From the human T2T-CHM13v2.0 reference genome, Homo sapiens: 64,000 nucleotides of DNA. The translations under genes and the position numbers were made by a program. Under the pieces are notes generated by a model, which worked only from the letters and a program-made list of their open reading frames with translations, had not been told where the DNA came from and searched no databases. The stretch is from NCBI RefSeq assembly GCF_009914755.1, contig NC_060929.1; one strand, 5' to 3'. Of this stretch, positions 17,256-31,978 are shown piece after piece (position 1 is the stretch's first letter; every line of letters starts with the position of its first letter).

Positions 17256-17741
17256 TATAAACCATCTTTTCTATTCAGGTAAGTCCTATGAATTTAATTA
17301 GCACCTATACACACGTGGATTCCTAAATCTTTAGCTCCAATTCTAACCATTTTCTGAGGTTTAGATAAGAATTTTCTAAGCCTATTTGACCTCTCAACTT
17401 GAATTTTTGACAGACACTTCAAATTTATTGTGTCCAAAACTAAACTCATTACCATCTAAACCACTTCCCCATATAGTCTCTATGTTTTAATACAGTCACT
17501 ATCTGCCCAGTTCCCCTAAAGTAAATGATCTAACCATTGTTAATCTTCCCATATGTTATACTGATTGATCACCAAATCTTGAAAATTCTAATCAGAAATG
17601 TAAAATCTATTTTTTCTACTGCTTTACTTAAGTCTTGTCATTTTATTTTCTTTTTTGGTCTGAAAGGCTACCTAGATATTCAATTTTAGTTCTTTAACCA
17701 TCCTCCCAGTTTTTTGGTGTAACTCACCACATACCACCTAC

Positions 17742-17909
17742 CTTTACAGTCTGTAAAAGAAACTGTATCCAGCGGTATTTGTGAAAACCAATTTGGGCCC
17801 CACTTCCCTGTTTCTGATCCATTACATATCCTGAGTTCTTATTCTGTCTCTTTTACTTCGAATTGGCATTTATGTGTGTGTTTGGGCTCTTGTATCCATC
17901 CTATCTATC
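17742..17909 (-). pseudogene. Candidate decayed exon (168 nt, phase 2-2) with an RGS-like LVFTNTAGYSFFYRL segment
   Basis: Acceptor gtctgtatcctacag, donor AAG|GTAGGT; three in-frame TAA stops. Confidence 0.45.
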
Positions 17910-18120
17910 CTGTAGGATACAGACTTGGCTGGCTGTACTCTGGACCCCTGCAGGTGATGTTATCATTCTCATACTCTGAGCTGAAGCCTCTGGGTACTAA
18001 GGATGTAGCAGTCAACAAAAATTACTATTCTCATAGAGTTTACATTCTAGTGGGAAAAGTGCATCTGTTGAAGCTCAGAGATGAGGGAGGGGAATAACCA
18101 CAATATTTACACTTTCTCAC

Positions 18121-18255
18121 CTGGCTGACCTAGTTTGTTAAAGAGGGAGAGAGACTGTTTGTCCAGTAGATTGTACCAGCATCTCCTCCCATAGTTGTCC
18201 AAGGGTTCTGTAAGCCATTGCTACTTCACCCTCTTCAAACATATCTTGGGATCAA
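18121..18255 (-). pseudogene. Candidate decayed exon (135 nt), SQDMFEEGEVAMAYRTLGQLWEEML
   Basis: Donor CAG|GTGAGA; long T-rich tract ending acaa (AG lost); ends in phase 2, compatible with 17742-17909. Confidence 0.45.
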
Positions 18256-18552
18256 TTGTAAAAAACAAAAACAAAAACAGCCTTCCTTGCTTAAGCAACT
18301 GCAAATTCATATGAAAGCCTGAGACTCATAATTGATATGTATAGTAGGGTGATATTTTACGATATTATAAGGATACAATGTAATCTTCACAGCTTTCCTT
18401 TTCCTTGGTTTGAGGCTTATTACACAAAAGGAGCCAGAGGATTATTACACAAAGGAAGCTACACCAGAAAGGATGCTGATTAGCTTTGAGACTCAAAGCT
18501 GACTTTCCTGACCTCTCTAAGAAGAGAATTATCTTGCAAACCTGGAGAATGA

Positions 18553-18860
18553 AAGGGTTTCCCAAACTCCTTTTGCTGGCATTAACACATCAAAGGCTAG
18601 GCCTGATAGCTATTAGGCTCTCACATCACCACTGCCCACAATAGGAAACATCATATTGTGACCCAGTTCACATGTACCTAGACCGAATATTATACGTACA
18701 TGTGAACTGGATCATAATATACATACACACACACATATGCATTATCACTGAAACAAAAATTTAACATGCATTTTGATATATTCTATCCACTACAATTTTA
18801 TTTCTTTTTAATACACTATTCACAGCACACTGAACTGTGATGTGCATTAAAAAAATACCA
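18553..18860. mobile_element. MER103C-like hAT element containing an inverted duplication
   Basis: cccacaataggaaac..tgtgacccagt..acacac..ctgaaacaaaa..ttgatatattctat. Confidence 0.55.
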
Positions 18861-18923
18861 CCTAGGATTTTTCAAAAGGGAGAATTCAGTGAGACAGAAA
18901 AAGAAGTTAATTCTGCTTCTGCT

Positions 18924-18956
18924 GGGGGGAGGGTTGGGGATGGGCAGGGGTGGGGG
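18924..18956 (+). other. Potential G-quadruplex
   Basis: G6-A-G3-TT-G4-AT-G3-CA-G4-T-G5. Confidence 0.7.
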
Positions 18957-19183
18957 CCGTGCTTAGGGAAAGGATCTGAAGAATCAGAATGTTCAAATTC
19001 TTGGTGTTGGGTAGGTTTTGATCAGAGGGAAAATATCTTACAGTGAAGAATAGAATTATTTGATGTCGCTTATTAAAAGCTGAAAGTTTGAAGTCACTGC
19101 ATTCAGGGGGAACTGTAAGGTCACCAAGACATAGTAAAAAAATAGATAAGGATGAGGCAACTGCAGAATGTTTACATTCTTAC

Positions 19184-19315
19184 AGGGATAAGCACAGGAT
19201 AAGCTAAAACCACAGCTGGTGTTTGACCAAAGAAGAACTGGCTATAACTGACATTGCTCTGTGTGGGTCCCTCCTGATGACCTGGGCAGTGAAATTCCTC
19301 CTTATGATAATGATA
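19184..19315 (-). pseudogene. Candidate decayed exon (132 nt, phase 0-0, open: YHYHKEEFHCPG...LAYPVLIP)
   Basis: Long polypyrimidine tract ending taa (AG lost); donor CCT|GTAAGA. Confidence 0.4.
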
Positions 19316-19528
19316 TTATAAAAAGAAAGAAGTAAGAAAATGAAGTAATTGGTAACCAGTGGTGGAGCAACCTGTGGTCTAGTTACTGTCACCTTGAGGG
19401 AAAGAGTGGGGAGCACTTGTGTTTGTGGTGGGTTGGGTGGTGGTGGCTGCAGGTGGAAAGTTGTGCAAGAAAGATGAGACCATGAAAATGATAAACATGA
19501 GGTAGGCATAAAAGTGTACAGACTTGTA

Positions 19529-19838
<310 letters not shown>

Positions 19839-20636
19839 TTAGAGAAAATGCCTAGGTGCTGTAGACATGTTATAATTAACCGACAAGGTTGTTGTGTTCA
19901 ATAAAGATAATAGAATTTTGTGTCTCCACATTGTCTCATCAGTTTCCCCCATCCTACCTTTGAAGCAACAAGTAGATTAAGCTGAGGTTTTTCCAGGCTG
20001 GGTTAAATTTAGATTTTTTTCTTCCTTGCCTCCCAAAAGGGGAGGAACTAAAAAGGAAGATGAGATTGTTGACTGCTATATCCTTAGTACCCAGAGGGGA
20101 CTAAGAGGTTATAGTAAATGAAAAGACCTCATTGTCATTGTACATTCAAGTTTAGTGAGTAAATGTGTGACCCCATCCATATGGTCTTTGCTGAAATGTC
20201 ACCTTTCAGCAGGCCTTCCCTAACCACACTATAATTTACCCCAAGCACTCCTGTTTCTCCTGTTCTGCTTTACACTTCTACATAGCATTTATCACAAACA
20301 ACAGTGTGTATGTATGAATAATATAATGAATCTCATATGTTCCCATCACCAAGCTTCAATAATTATTAATATTTTACCCATCATTTAATCTATACCCTCA
20401 TCATTTTGTTTTGCTTTGTTTGGGCTTTTTTCTGAAATGTTTTAAAGTGAATACCAGACATGACATTTCCCTTCATACTGTTTTACTTATTTAATGTCTG
20501 TCTTCTCCTACTAGAATATGTGCTCAACAAGGGCAGGAATTTTTATCTACTGTTCACAGAAACAGTCCCAGCATCTTTTTTTCTTTTTCTTTTTAAATTC
20601 ATTCAAGTTTGAGAAGTTATTCTTATTCCGAGCATC

Positions 20637-21028
<392 letters not shown>

Positions 21029-21130
21029 TAACATTTTCAGTCTCTTGCTAGTTAGGCATTATCTCAGTCAGTTCAGGGTGCTATAATGGAATATCATAGA
21101 TTGGGTGGCTTAAACAACAGAATAGTTTGT

Positions 21131-23298
21131 TTTTAGTGTATAGAAATGCAACTAATTTTTCATATGTTGGTTTTGTATCCTGCAACTCTCTGGATTTATT
21201 AGTTCGAAGAGTTTTTTTATGGCATTTTTAAAGGATTTTCTATACATAAGATGTTGCTCACAAAGAGGGACAACTTTACTTCTTCCTTTTCGATGTGGAT
21301 ATTTCTTATTTCTTTTTCTTGCCACGTTGCTCTGGCTAGGACTTCTAGTACTTTGTTGAATTGAAGTGGTGAAAGTGGGCATATTTGCCTTGTTCCTGAT
21401 CTTAGAGAAAAAGCTTTCAGTTTTCCACTGATGAATATGATGTTAGCTGTTGGCTTTTCATATATATACTTTATTATGTTGAGGTACTTCACTTCTCTTC
21501 CCTTTTTAAAATTTTTTAAAAATCCCAAATTGTAGTAGAGAGAGTCTGTGGGTTTTTTTTTTTAATCACAGAAGGATGTTGAATCTCATAAAATGCTTTT
21601 TTGGCATCTATTGAAATGATCATATGGATTTTATCTGTTGATGTGGCAAATCACATTGTTTAATTATTTTGTATCTGAAAAGAAAATTAGGAAAACAATC
21701 CCATTTACAACAGCACCAAAAATAATAAAATACTTAGGAATAAACTTAATTAAGGAGGTAAAAGACATACACTGAAAACTATAAAACATTGATGAAATAA
21801 AGAAGACATACATAAATGGAATGATACTGTATTCATGGACTGGAAGGTTTAAAATTGTTAAAATATTCATACTATACAAAACAATTCAGATTTAATGCAA
21901 TCCCTGTCAAAATCCCAATGGCATTTTTTTTTTACAGAAATAGAAAAAAAATTCTAAAATTCATGTGGAACCACAAAAGACCACGAATAGCCAAATCAAT
22001 CTTGGAAAAGAACAAAGCTGGAAGCATCCCACATCCTGACTTCAAAATATATTACAAAACTACAGTAATCAAAACATATATACAAAAACACATATACAAA
22101 AATACATATACAAAAATCAGCTCAAAATAAATTAAAGATTTAAATGTAAGGCCTGAAACAGTAAAACTCCTAGAAGAAAACTTAGGGGAAAACCTTCATG
22201 ACATTGATCGGCAATGATTTTGTATATACAACACCAAAAAGACAGGCAGCAAAAACAAAAATAAGTGGGACTACATCAAGGTACATAAACCTGCACAGCA
22301 AGGGAAACAATCAACAAAGTGAAAAAGCAACTTACACAATAGAAGAAGATATTTGCAAACCACATTCTGATAAAGGTTAATCTCCAAAATATACAGTGAT
22401 TTCCTACAACTCAATAGTAAGAAAATGGATAACCAGATTTTAAAAAATGGTCTAAGGACTTGAACAGACATTTTTCCAAAGAAGACATGCAAATGGCCAA
22501 CAGATATGTGAAAAACAAATGCTCAATGTCATAAATCAGGGACATGCAATTTAAAACGACAATGAGATACCACCTCACACCTGTCAGGATGGTTACTATC
22601 AAAGGAAACAAAAAACAAGGGTTGGCAAGAATGTGGAGAAACTGGAACCCTTGTTAGTGGGAATGTAAAATGGTGCAGTTGCAGTGGAAAACAATAGAGA
22701 GCTTCCTCAAAAAATTTAAAAAATGGGACTACTGTGTGATTCTGCAATCCCACTTCTGACTGTATATCCAAAACAATTGAAATCAGGATCTCAAAGATGT
22801 TAGCACTCCTGTGTTCATTACAGCACTATTTCACCATAACCAAGATGAGGCTATAACCTAAATGTTCATGGAAAGATGAATGGATTTTTAAAGTGTGGTA
22901 CATACAAATGGTAAAATATTATTCAGCCCTAAAAAAGAAGGGAATTCTACAATATGCAACCACTGGATGAACCTTGAGGACATTACATTAAGCAAAGCAA
23001 GCCAGTCACAGAAGGACAAATACTGCATGATTTCACTTATTTGAGGTATCTAAAATAGTCAAATCTGGAAATTCAAGGAAGGAATGGTAGTTTCCAGGAG
23101 TGGAGGAAGGAGAAATGGGGTATTATTAATCAATAGGCATGAAGTTTCATTTAAGCAAGATGAGCAAGTTGTATAGATCTGCTGTACAACATTGTGCCTG
23201 TAATCAAAAACACTGTTATTGTACACTTAAACATTTGTTAAAAAGGTAGATCTCATGGTAAGTGTTCTTACAACAATGAAATAAAATTAAAAAAAAAG
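21131..23298 (+). mobile_element. L1MA-type element with an inverted 5' segment (21131-~21660 minus; ~21672-23298 plus)
   Basis: ORF2 fragments [25 protein letters not shown] (minus) and [15 protein letters not shown] (plus); L1MA 3' end agatctcatggtaagtgttctta. Confidence 0.85.
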
Positions 23299-23699
23299 AA
23301 AAACTGCCAAGTCTAACACTGCTATCCTACCAGTGAGCACTTTTTTCCTCAAACTTGCAGCAGCCACTGCTCAAAGTTCTCCATCTCAGTATCCATTTGT
23401 CAGTAACCCACCATCATAGGCCAATTACTGCACTGGGTTCTAGATCATTTACACTTCTACGTACTATACAGGCCCAAGGCATAATTCACTAGAATAGAAT
23501 TTGCAGAATGTGTTGCTCTACCCATTCAGCTAATCCCAGCAGTCATTACCGTTACAGCTTCCATCCCTAAATCCCCACTTCCCTGCCCCTCTAAGAACCA
23601 GCCTCTGATTGATAGTGGGATAAGCTGCTTAAGAAAACCTACAGGATCCACTCTGCTCTTGGACATCTAATGTTTTAGCATAGTCAGCACATTGTCATT

Positions 23700-24830
<1,131 letters not shown>

Positions 24831-25479
24831 CCTAATATATCCTTCAATATGCAAGGAGTGATACACAGAAACCTGTATCAAACGTGAAAGCTTACAGATC
24901 ACACTGAAACCACTGGATGGCTCTACAGACTTTGCAAACATTTACGCTTGCATCTAGGAGAAATTTGAGGACTATTTCATGAGATTCTTTGAGGTAATTC
25001 ATTGAAGTAACCAACCCTTCAGTATTCTCCCTGTATTTACCTCTGCCCACTTATGCTCTCTTTCATTTCTTCATGCCAAGCCTGACTGGCATACACCTTG
25101 CTCTACATCTAGGGTCTACAGCTTCAGGAAAAATCAGAGTACATAGTGAAAGCAGTGTCCTGGTGACCTGGCATGCTGCAACCCAGGCTCCCATCTCAAA
25201 ATTGCCCATAAATGTATCTGTTTTCCATGGACCTTCCCCAGAAAAGTTACACTGAGCCTTGTCTAGTAGGGGAGCCTTGCGTCAGATATAGTGTCCATCT
25301 CAAATTTGTTGCTTTAAGTCATCCTAACACATCCACGTGGGGAACCTAAAGGAGCATGACCTGACCCTCCTCATTTGTTCATTTTCTGTTCCTGCTTTCG
25401 TCCTGTCCTTAAGTGATTTCCAATTGGAGACGCTTCTTATTTAACCTACCATTTCTGTAGGCAAATATTTCTTAATCAG

Positions 25480-26890
25480 TATTACAGACAACACAATAAA
25501 CAAAAAGATTAGCAAATATTAACAAAGTGATAATATTAAAATTAAGAATTTCTGTTTCTTGAAAGATACAATTGAGAGACTGGAAAGGCAAGATACGAAA
25601 AAAACGTTTGCAGTGCGTACAGCAAAGAGACCCTACAAATTAATAAGAAAAGTACCTAGAAAAATAGATAAGAAATTTGATTGGCCAGGTGTGGTCAATC
25701 CTAGCACTTTGGGAGGCTGAGGCAGGCAGATCGCTTGAGCCCAGGAGTTTGAGACCAGCCTGGGCAACAAGATAAAACCCCGTCTCTACAAAAAAACAGA
25801 AAAATCAGCTGAGTGTGGTGGCAGGCACCTGTAACCCCAGCTACTTGGGAGGTGGAGGAGGGAGGATCACCTGAGACCAGGGAGCTGCGGCTATGGAGAG
25901 CTGTGATCATGCCACTGTATTCCAACCTGAGTGACAGAGTGAGACCCTGTCTCAAAAAAAAAAAAAAAAAAAAGTTAAAAAAAAAATCCCAAAACTTAAT
26001 TTGGTACTCCATATAATAGGATACACAATTGATCAATCAATATATGAAAAGGTACGTAGCATCATTAGTCAAAAGGGAATTGAAATTAGAACTATAAGGA
26101 GTTAACATTCCCTACCCAGTGATCAGAATGGTTAAGAATATCAATACTAAGAGTTATGTGGGCCACATGGGGTGGCTCATGCCTGTAATCCCAATACTTT
26201 GGAAGACTGAGGCAGGAGGATCCTTTGAGGCCAGGAGTTCAAGACCAGCATGGGCAACATAGCAAGACACTGTCTCTACATAAAAATTAAAACATAATTT
26301 TTAAAAACTTAACCAGGCATAGTGGCATGTACCTGGAGTCCTAGCTACTCAGGAGGCAGAGGTAGGAGGATTCCTTGGCCCAGAAATTCAAGGTTACAGT
26401 GAGCTATGATCACACCACTGTACTCCAGCCTGAGAGACCCTACCTCTATTGAAAAAGATAAAAAGTTGATTTGGGTAATTTGTTGATGATCTGAAACTCT
26501 CACACACTTTTGGTAGGACTATAAATTGGTACAACTTTGCAAAAACAGTATTAATCTGCTAAAATTTTAATCTCCTAAAATCTTAGGGATACGCCCACCA
26601 GGAATGCAAACATGCATATCAAAGCTACACTGGAAGTTCTTAACAGTATTATTTATCCTAGCTATAAATTGCAAGCAACCCCAATGGAGTTAGAATGGAT
26701 AAATAATATGTGACATATTCATGGAGCAAAATACCATTCAGCAGTAAAAGTGAAGACACTATAGCTATGTACACAATGTGAATGCGTCCCACAAACATAC
26801 CGGACACCAAATAATATAAATGCATGATTCTATTAATGTATACTCAGAAATGAAATTTTAGAAGTTAGAATATTGGTTACCTTTGAGGAA
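25480..26890 (+). mobile_element. Old L1M 3' fragments with two AluJ (25683-25987, 26161-26455)
   Basis: Diverged L1 ORF2 and 3'UTR motifs between Alu dimers. Confidence 0.7.
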
Positions 26891-27509
26891 AAGAAAAGGG
26901 ATAGTTCACCTTGCTCCAGAATACCCTGGTAACATACATACTACCATGGCTGTCTGGTGGGTAATTCTACCCTCTGCCCCAAGTCCCATGTCCCACTCCA
27001 GACCACAAGCAGGTTCCCCAGTCTTTCTACCCGATTCACCAATGGAAGGGATGGTGGAACTGTGTTCTAACAATGGTCAACAACTCAGATTTTCCTAAAC
27101 GTTGCATATACATGCATAACTATTTGTTCATACTGTTCCCTCTGCCTAGCATGGAATTCCCTCTTCTCTCTCAGCAGAGAAACTTAATACTCCCAATTCA
27201 AAACGCAGATGGCACCACGCGAGGTCAGAGAAAGAGGCAAGAAGTTTTAGTCAACCTGTCTTTGATTATTGGCTTGCCATATGCAGTCTACGTGTACTTG
27301 ATCATCGCTTAACTTTTTAGCCTGTTTCTCATGTATGAAACGAGAATAATGATATCCAGCTCATGGGTTGTTTAAAGGAATACATGACATGATAAGGTAA
27401 GAGCTTATTACATATTATTTTTCTTTGGTTTCCTTTTTCCCTTGCAGTATCACTTGCTTTCAGCTATGTACTGGCACCACTCAGAATAATTTTAGAGTCA
27501 TTAATTTTA

Positions 27510-28005
27510 TTTATTTATTTTTCTCTTTTATTTCTTTTAACTTTATTTTTTTTAATTTTAAAGACATGGTCTTGCTTTGTTGCCCAGGCTGGTCTCAAAC
27601 TCCTGGGCTCAGGTGATCCTTCTGCCTCAGCCTCCCAAAATGCTGGAATTACAGGCATGAGCCACAGCACATGGATCCAAGTCATTAATTTTGTTTTATT
27701 TAATGTAATTTATTTATTTGAGACAGGGTCTCACTCTGTTGCCCAGGCTGGAGTGCAGTGGTACGGTCTTGGCTCACTGCAACCTCCCTCCACCTCCCGG
27801 GTTCAAGCAATTCTTCTGCGTCAGCCTCCCGAGTAGCTGAGATTACAGGCATGGGCCACCATGCCCAGCTAATTGTTGTATTTTTAGTAGAGATGGGGTT
27901 TTACCATGTCAGTCTGGCTGGTCTTGAACTCCTGACCTCAAGTGATCCACCTGGCTCAGCTTCCCAAAGTGCTGGGATTACAGGCATGAGCCACCACCCC
28001 TGGCC
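27510..28005 (-). mobile_element. FLAM plus AluS in tandem
   Basis: agtcattaatttt occurs three times as the flank/TSD. Confidence 0.85.
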
Positions 28006-28398
28006 CTAAGTCATTAATTTTAAAAAATGTTTATTTAGGATGAGCGTACTTGGTAGGAGCCAGGGTTAGAAAAAGAGCAAGATATGATTCACAAGAAATT
28101 ATTACTTTGGCCAGGAACAGCAAGTTAGTGAATAAGAAAATGTCTAATGAAAAAATAATTTTCAGAAATTTTAAGAAAATTTTAAGAGATTTTAAAGCCA
28201 TTATATGCAAGAGACTAAATTTTTTAGATAACCAGAGAGATTAATGAGAAATCTACAGTAGCTACGCTGATCTAAAGTTATTGGTATCTAGCTTAATAGG
28301 TATGTCAATGGGAAGAGAAAAAAAGATATGACACATGAGACATTAAGAAGGAAGAAGCATTATAATTTTTTAATAGATACTGTATAAAGAATAGTACA

Positions 28399-28758
28399 GG
28401 CCAGACATGGTGGCTCACGCCTGTAATTCCAACACTTTTCGAAGCCCAGGCGAGAGGATCACTTGGAGTCAGGAGTTTGAGACCAGCCTGAGCAAAAAAA
28501 GCAAGACCCCATCTCTAAAAATAAAAAATAAAAAAATTAGCCAGATGTGGTGGCATGCACCTGTGCTAGGTGACAGAGTGAGACCCTGCCGAAGAAGGAG
28601 AAGGCAAAGAAGAAGGAGAAGGAAGAAGAAAAGAAGAATGAGGAGAAGGAAGAAGGAGGAGAAGTGGTAGGATGAGGGTGACGAGCAGAAGAAGAAGGAG
28701 AAGAAGAAAGAAGAGGAAGAGGAGGAGAAAGGAGAAAGAGAAGGAGAAAAGAAGAAGA
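28399..28758 (+). mobile_element. Alu with right-arm deletion and a ~170-bp GAA/GGA purine tail
   Basis: TSD aagaatagtaca on both sides of Alu plus tract. Confidence 0.85.
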
Positions 28759-29745
28759 AAAGAATAGTACAATGTGAACCTGTTTTGTATTTTTTGGTTT
28801 TGTTTTTTTTAGCGACAGGGTCTCACTAGGTCATCCAGGCTGGATTACAGTGGCTCAGTCATAGCTTACTGCAGCCTTCTGTACTACAGGCACACACCAC
28901 CATGCCAATTTTTTTTTTTTTTTTTTTTTTTTAAGATGAGGTCTCTGTGTTACTCAGGCTGATCTCAAATTCCTAGGTTCATGCAGTCCTGCTTCAGCCT
29001 CCTGAGTAGCTGGGATTGTAGGCATGAGCTACACTGCACCTCGCAATTTCAAAGTCACATAAAAATTGTATTTGTTTCCTCTGAAACCAAAAACCTACCA
29101 ATATTTTATCAGTCTAACTGTATGTGCTTCCAATGGTGTTAGCTGAAAATTTCAAACATTCAAAACAAAACACACTTATAGAATAAATTCATCACGTTGA
29201 TTCTAAATAACATTAAACATGTTTTATTAAACATCGTGATTTTAATTTTTGAAAGATGAGACTTTCGTCACTTCTGTCAAAATATCTATCTTGGAAAAAA
29301 GAAAATAGGATGCAGGAAAACATCAAGTGGCAACTGTTGCTACATAGCTAGAAGGCTACATATGTTTCAGTTATTAGACAAACATTTCCATGCTCTGTGG
29401 CTTTAAAAAAGATTACTGCCCATGTAATGGGACATAATTCTTAACAATACATACAATTTGACAACTTGAAATTTATTGGTATTGTTATGAGTTGTTTAAC
29501 TGACAAAGTTTTACTTTGACATTTGAATAAAACATCTAATATGCAATTTGCTTAACATACTTTGCATATCAACTGCTATAATATAAACTTTTATTGTAAC
29601 AATGGGAATATAAGATATAAAGACATTTTTACATAGTAGAAGTGAACCAGTGAATCCTTTAAGATGAAATGTGAAATCCTGGCAAGGAGGAGGAAAGAAC
29701 AGAACATATTAATAGAATGCCCTAAGATGGTCTGGGAACACTTAC

Positions 29746-29808
29746 CCCAAATCAATATTTCATCAAGCAGATCACATAGCAAAGCTACTAATGTTATTAA
29801 GCACTGAA
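29746..29808 (-). pseudogene. Candidate decayed exon (63 nt, phase 1-1, QCLITLVALLCDLLDEILIW)
   Basis: Acceptor ttctctatttacgtatcttag, donor GGG|GTAAGT; joins in frame to a strong acceptor at 29289 (DRYFDRSDESLIFQKLKSR). Confidence 0.45.
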
Positions 29809-30316
29809 CTAAGATACGTAAATAGAGAATAAAAATTTGTAATACACAAAGTAAATTACATGTTTATAGTTGTGAATATATAAAAAGCCAGTATTTTAAA
29901 AAAAGATCCTGGAAGAATCATGGCTTGCCAATAATCAAAATTGATTCTGGAGTGTTTCATCAATGGAAGATCTTTTGAAGTAACAGGATACTCATAATGG
30001 GGAAGATACACTCAGGAGAGAGGAAAAAAAAGCCTTCTGGTATAAAATCATGGAATATCACAATAACTATTTAATAGGAACAAATATTCCTATTGAAGTA
30101 CTAAACTTTAGTGTTCCTATTAAAATACTAAATTCCTGGATATTACTCATTTGACAGGAGACAGTTGAACCTCACTGTTATGCTTATACAAATGTTTGGA
30201 ATGTAACTTCATCTGGAACAATATTTGCACCTGGAACTTTTTTTATAATCTCATGAAATTTGCCTTATGAGTTTCCACTGCCATTTTGGAGTAATCTACA
30301 TTCAGTCCTTGCCTCC

Positions 30317-30652
30317 GTGTTAGTTCGTTGTTGCATTGCTATGAAGAAATACCTAGACGGGCACAATGGCTCACACCTATAATTCCAGAATTTTGGGAGG
30401 CTGAGGGGGGCAGGTCACTTGAGTCCAGGAGTTTGAAACCAGCCTGGGCAACACACTGAAACCCTGTCTCTACAAAAAAATACAAAAATTATCCTGGTGG
30501 TGCACACCTGTAGTCCCAGCTACTTAGGAGGCTAAGGTGGGAGGATCACTTGAGCCCAGGAGGCGGAGATTGCAGTGAGCCATGATTGCACCACTGCACG
30601 TCAGCAACTGGGTGACAGAGTAAGACCCTGTCTCAAAAAAAGAAAAGAGTGT

Positions 30653-30699
<47 letters not shown>

Positions 30700-31097
30700 C
30701 CTGAGGCTGGGTAATTTATAAAGTAAACAAGTTTCATTGACTCACAGTTCTGCAGGCTGTACAGGAACTGAACACACCCACATAGGGTATGTACAGAAGC
30801 AGATGCTAGTGCATCTGCTTCTGGTGAGGCCTCAAGGAAGCTTACAAGCATGGCAGAAGGTGAAGGAGAACCAGCATGTGACATGGAGAGAGAGGGAGAA
30901 GATGTCATGCACTTTTATACAACCAGATCTCACATGAACTCAGAGCAAGAACTGACTAGCACCAAGAGGATGGCGCTAAGCCATTCAAGAGGGATTCACC
31001 CCAGTGATCCAAACACCTCCCACCAGAATCCACCTGCAACACTGGGAATTACATTTGAACTTGAGATTTGGAGGTGACAAACATCCCAACTATATCA
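30317..31097 (-). mobile_element. MSTB solo LTR with AluJ (30355-30695, (GA)n tail) inserted
   Basis: MSTB motifs; Alu TSD agaaatacct; LTR TSD gcctc/gtttc. Confidence 0.85.
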
Positions 31098-31593
31098 GTT
31101 TCTACCCTGGTACAGGAATCCTCATTGCATATAGTGCCCTGCCATGTTGGGTGCCCTGAATTTCTTTCAGTTCTACTACGTACAAAAGTTAGCTGCTTGT
31201 GGGCAGTGAGTAACATTCATGAACTTTATGGAGGCTACAGAATTGCCTAGCTGTTCAGTTTGAGGATGCCCCAGAGGAGGGCTATCTCTTAGATACCGTG
31301 ATAATTAATCTTTTTGCACATAGCATCAACTTCCCAAGACATAATATTTTATATCCAAACATTAGAAGAACAGAGTTCATGAATGTTAATGCCTAAGCAT
31401 GGACTCTTCTGAAAGCTGTGGCTTGTTTATGTGGGTGTGTCTTTAGTTAGGTACCCTATGTGGGTGTGTCTTTAATGTCCCAAGCATTAAAAGCCACATC
31501 TGTTAGGGTCTAGGGCAGGAAACCCAGACTATGTCATGCGTGAGTGCCACTCCAGAGTATACGAAAGTGAGAACATATTAGAAAAGGTCTTAC

Positions 31594-31978
31594 AGCTTCT
31601 CAAGCAGCTCTGTAGTTCCTTTATTCCCAATCTTCTCTTAACCCTCATGTGCTGGTGTTGCTGGTTGAGGACAGTTTCAAAGCAATAATTTCAGAGCCTA
31701 TGAGCTGCCTCTGTTTATACAATGATATGTGTCACAACTCTCGTGGTTCCTGCAAAAGAGCTGTAATTCTTCTCAGGATTGGGGGTGCACACTTTAAAGG
31801 AGTATGTTGATAGAAACCTGTTACAGGAATTCATTTTCCCCTCAAGCCACTTCATGGAAGCACAAGTACAATTTGTAAATTTAGTGAGACCATAATTCAG
31901 GGATGCACTGGATTTGGGCTTCAAACTGAGTGCACAGACATCACTGGAAGACTTAGGGGAAAAAAAGGAAGAGACCCT
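31594..31978 (-). pseudogene. Candidate decayed exon (385 nt; 128 codons with 2 stops)
   Basis: Acceptor tttttcccccttgttcag, donor GCT|GTAAGA; contains ORF 31715..31924 in the acceptor frame. Confidence 0.45.

Noticed and set aside
28407-28670. Arg/Lys-rich protamine-like ORF
   Set aside because: Translation of an Alu plus its purine-rich tail.
29150-29300. hAT dimerisation-domain-like reading (SKIK...LEST)
   Set aside because: Requires frameshifts and has no terminal repeats; a strong splice acceptor at 29289 explains the segment better, though a transposon origin is not excluded.
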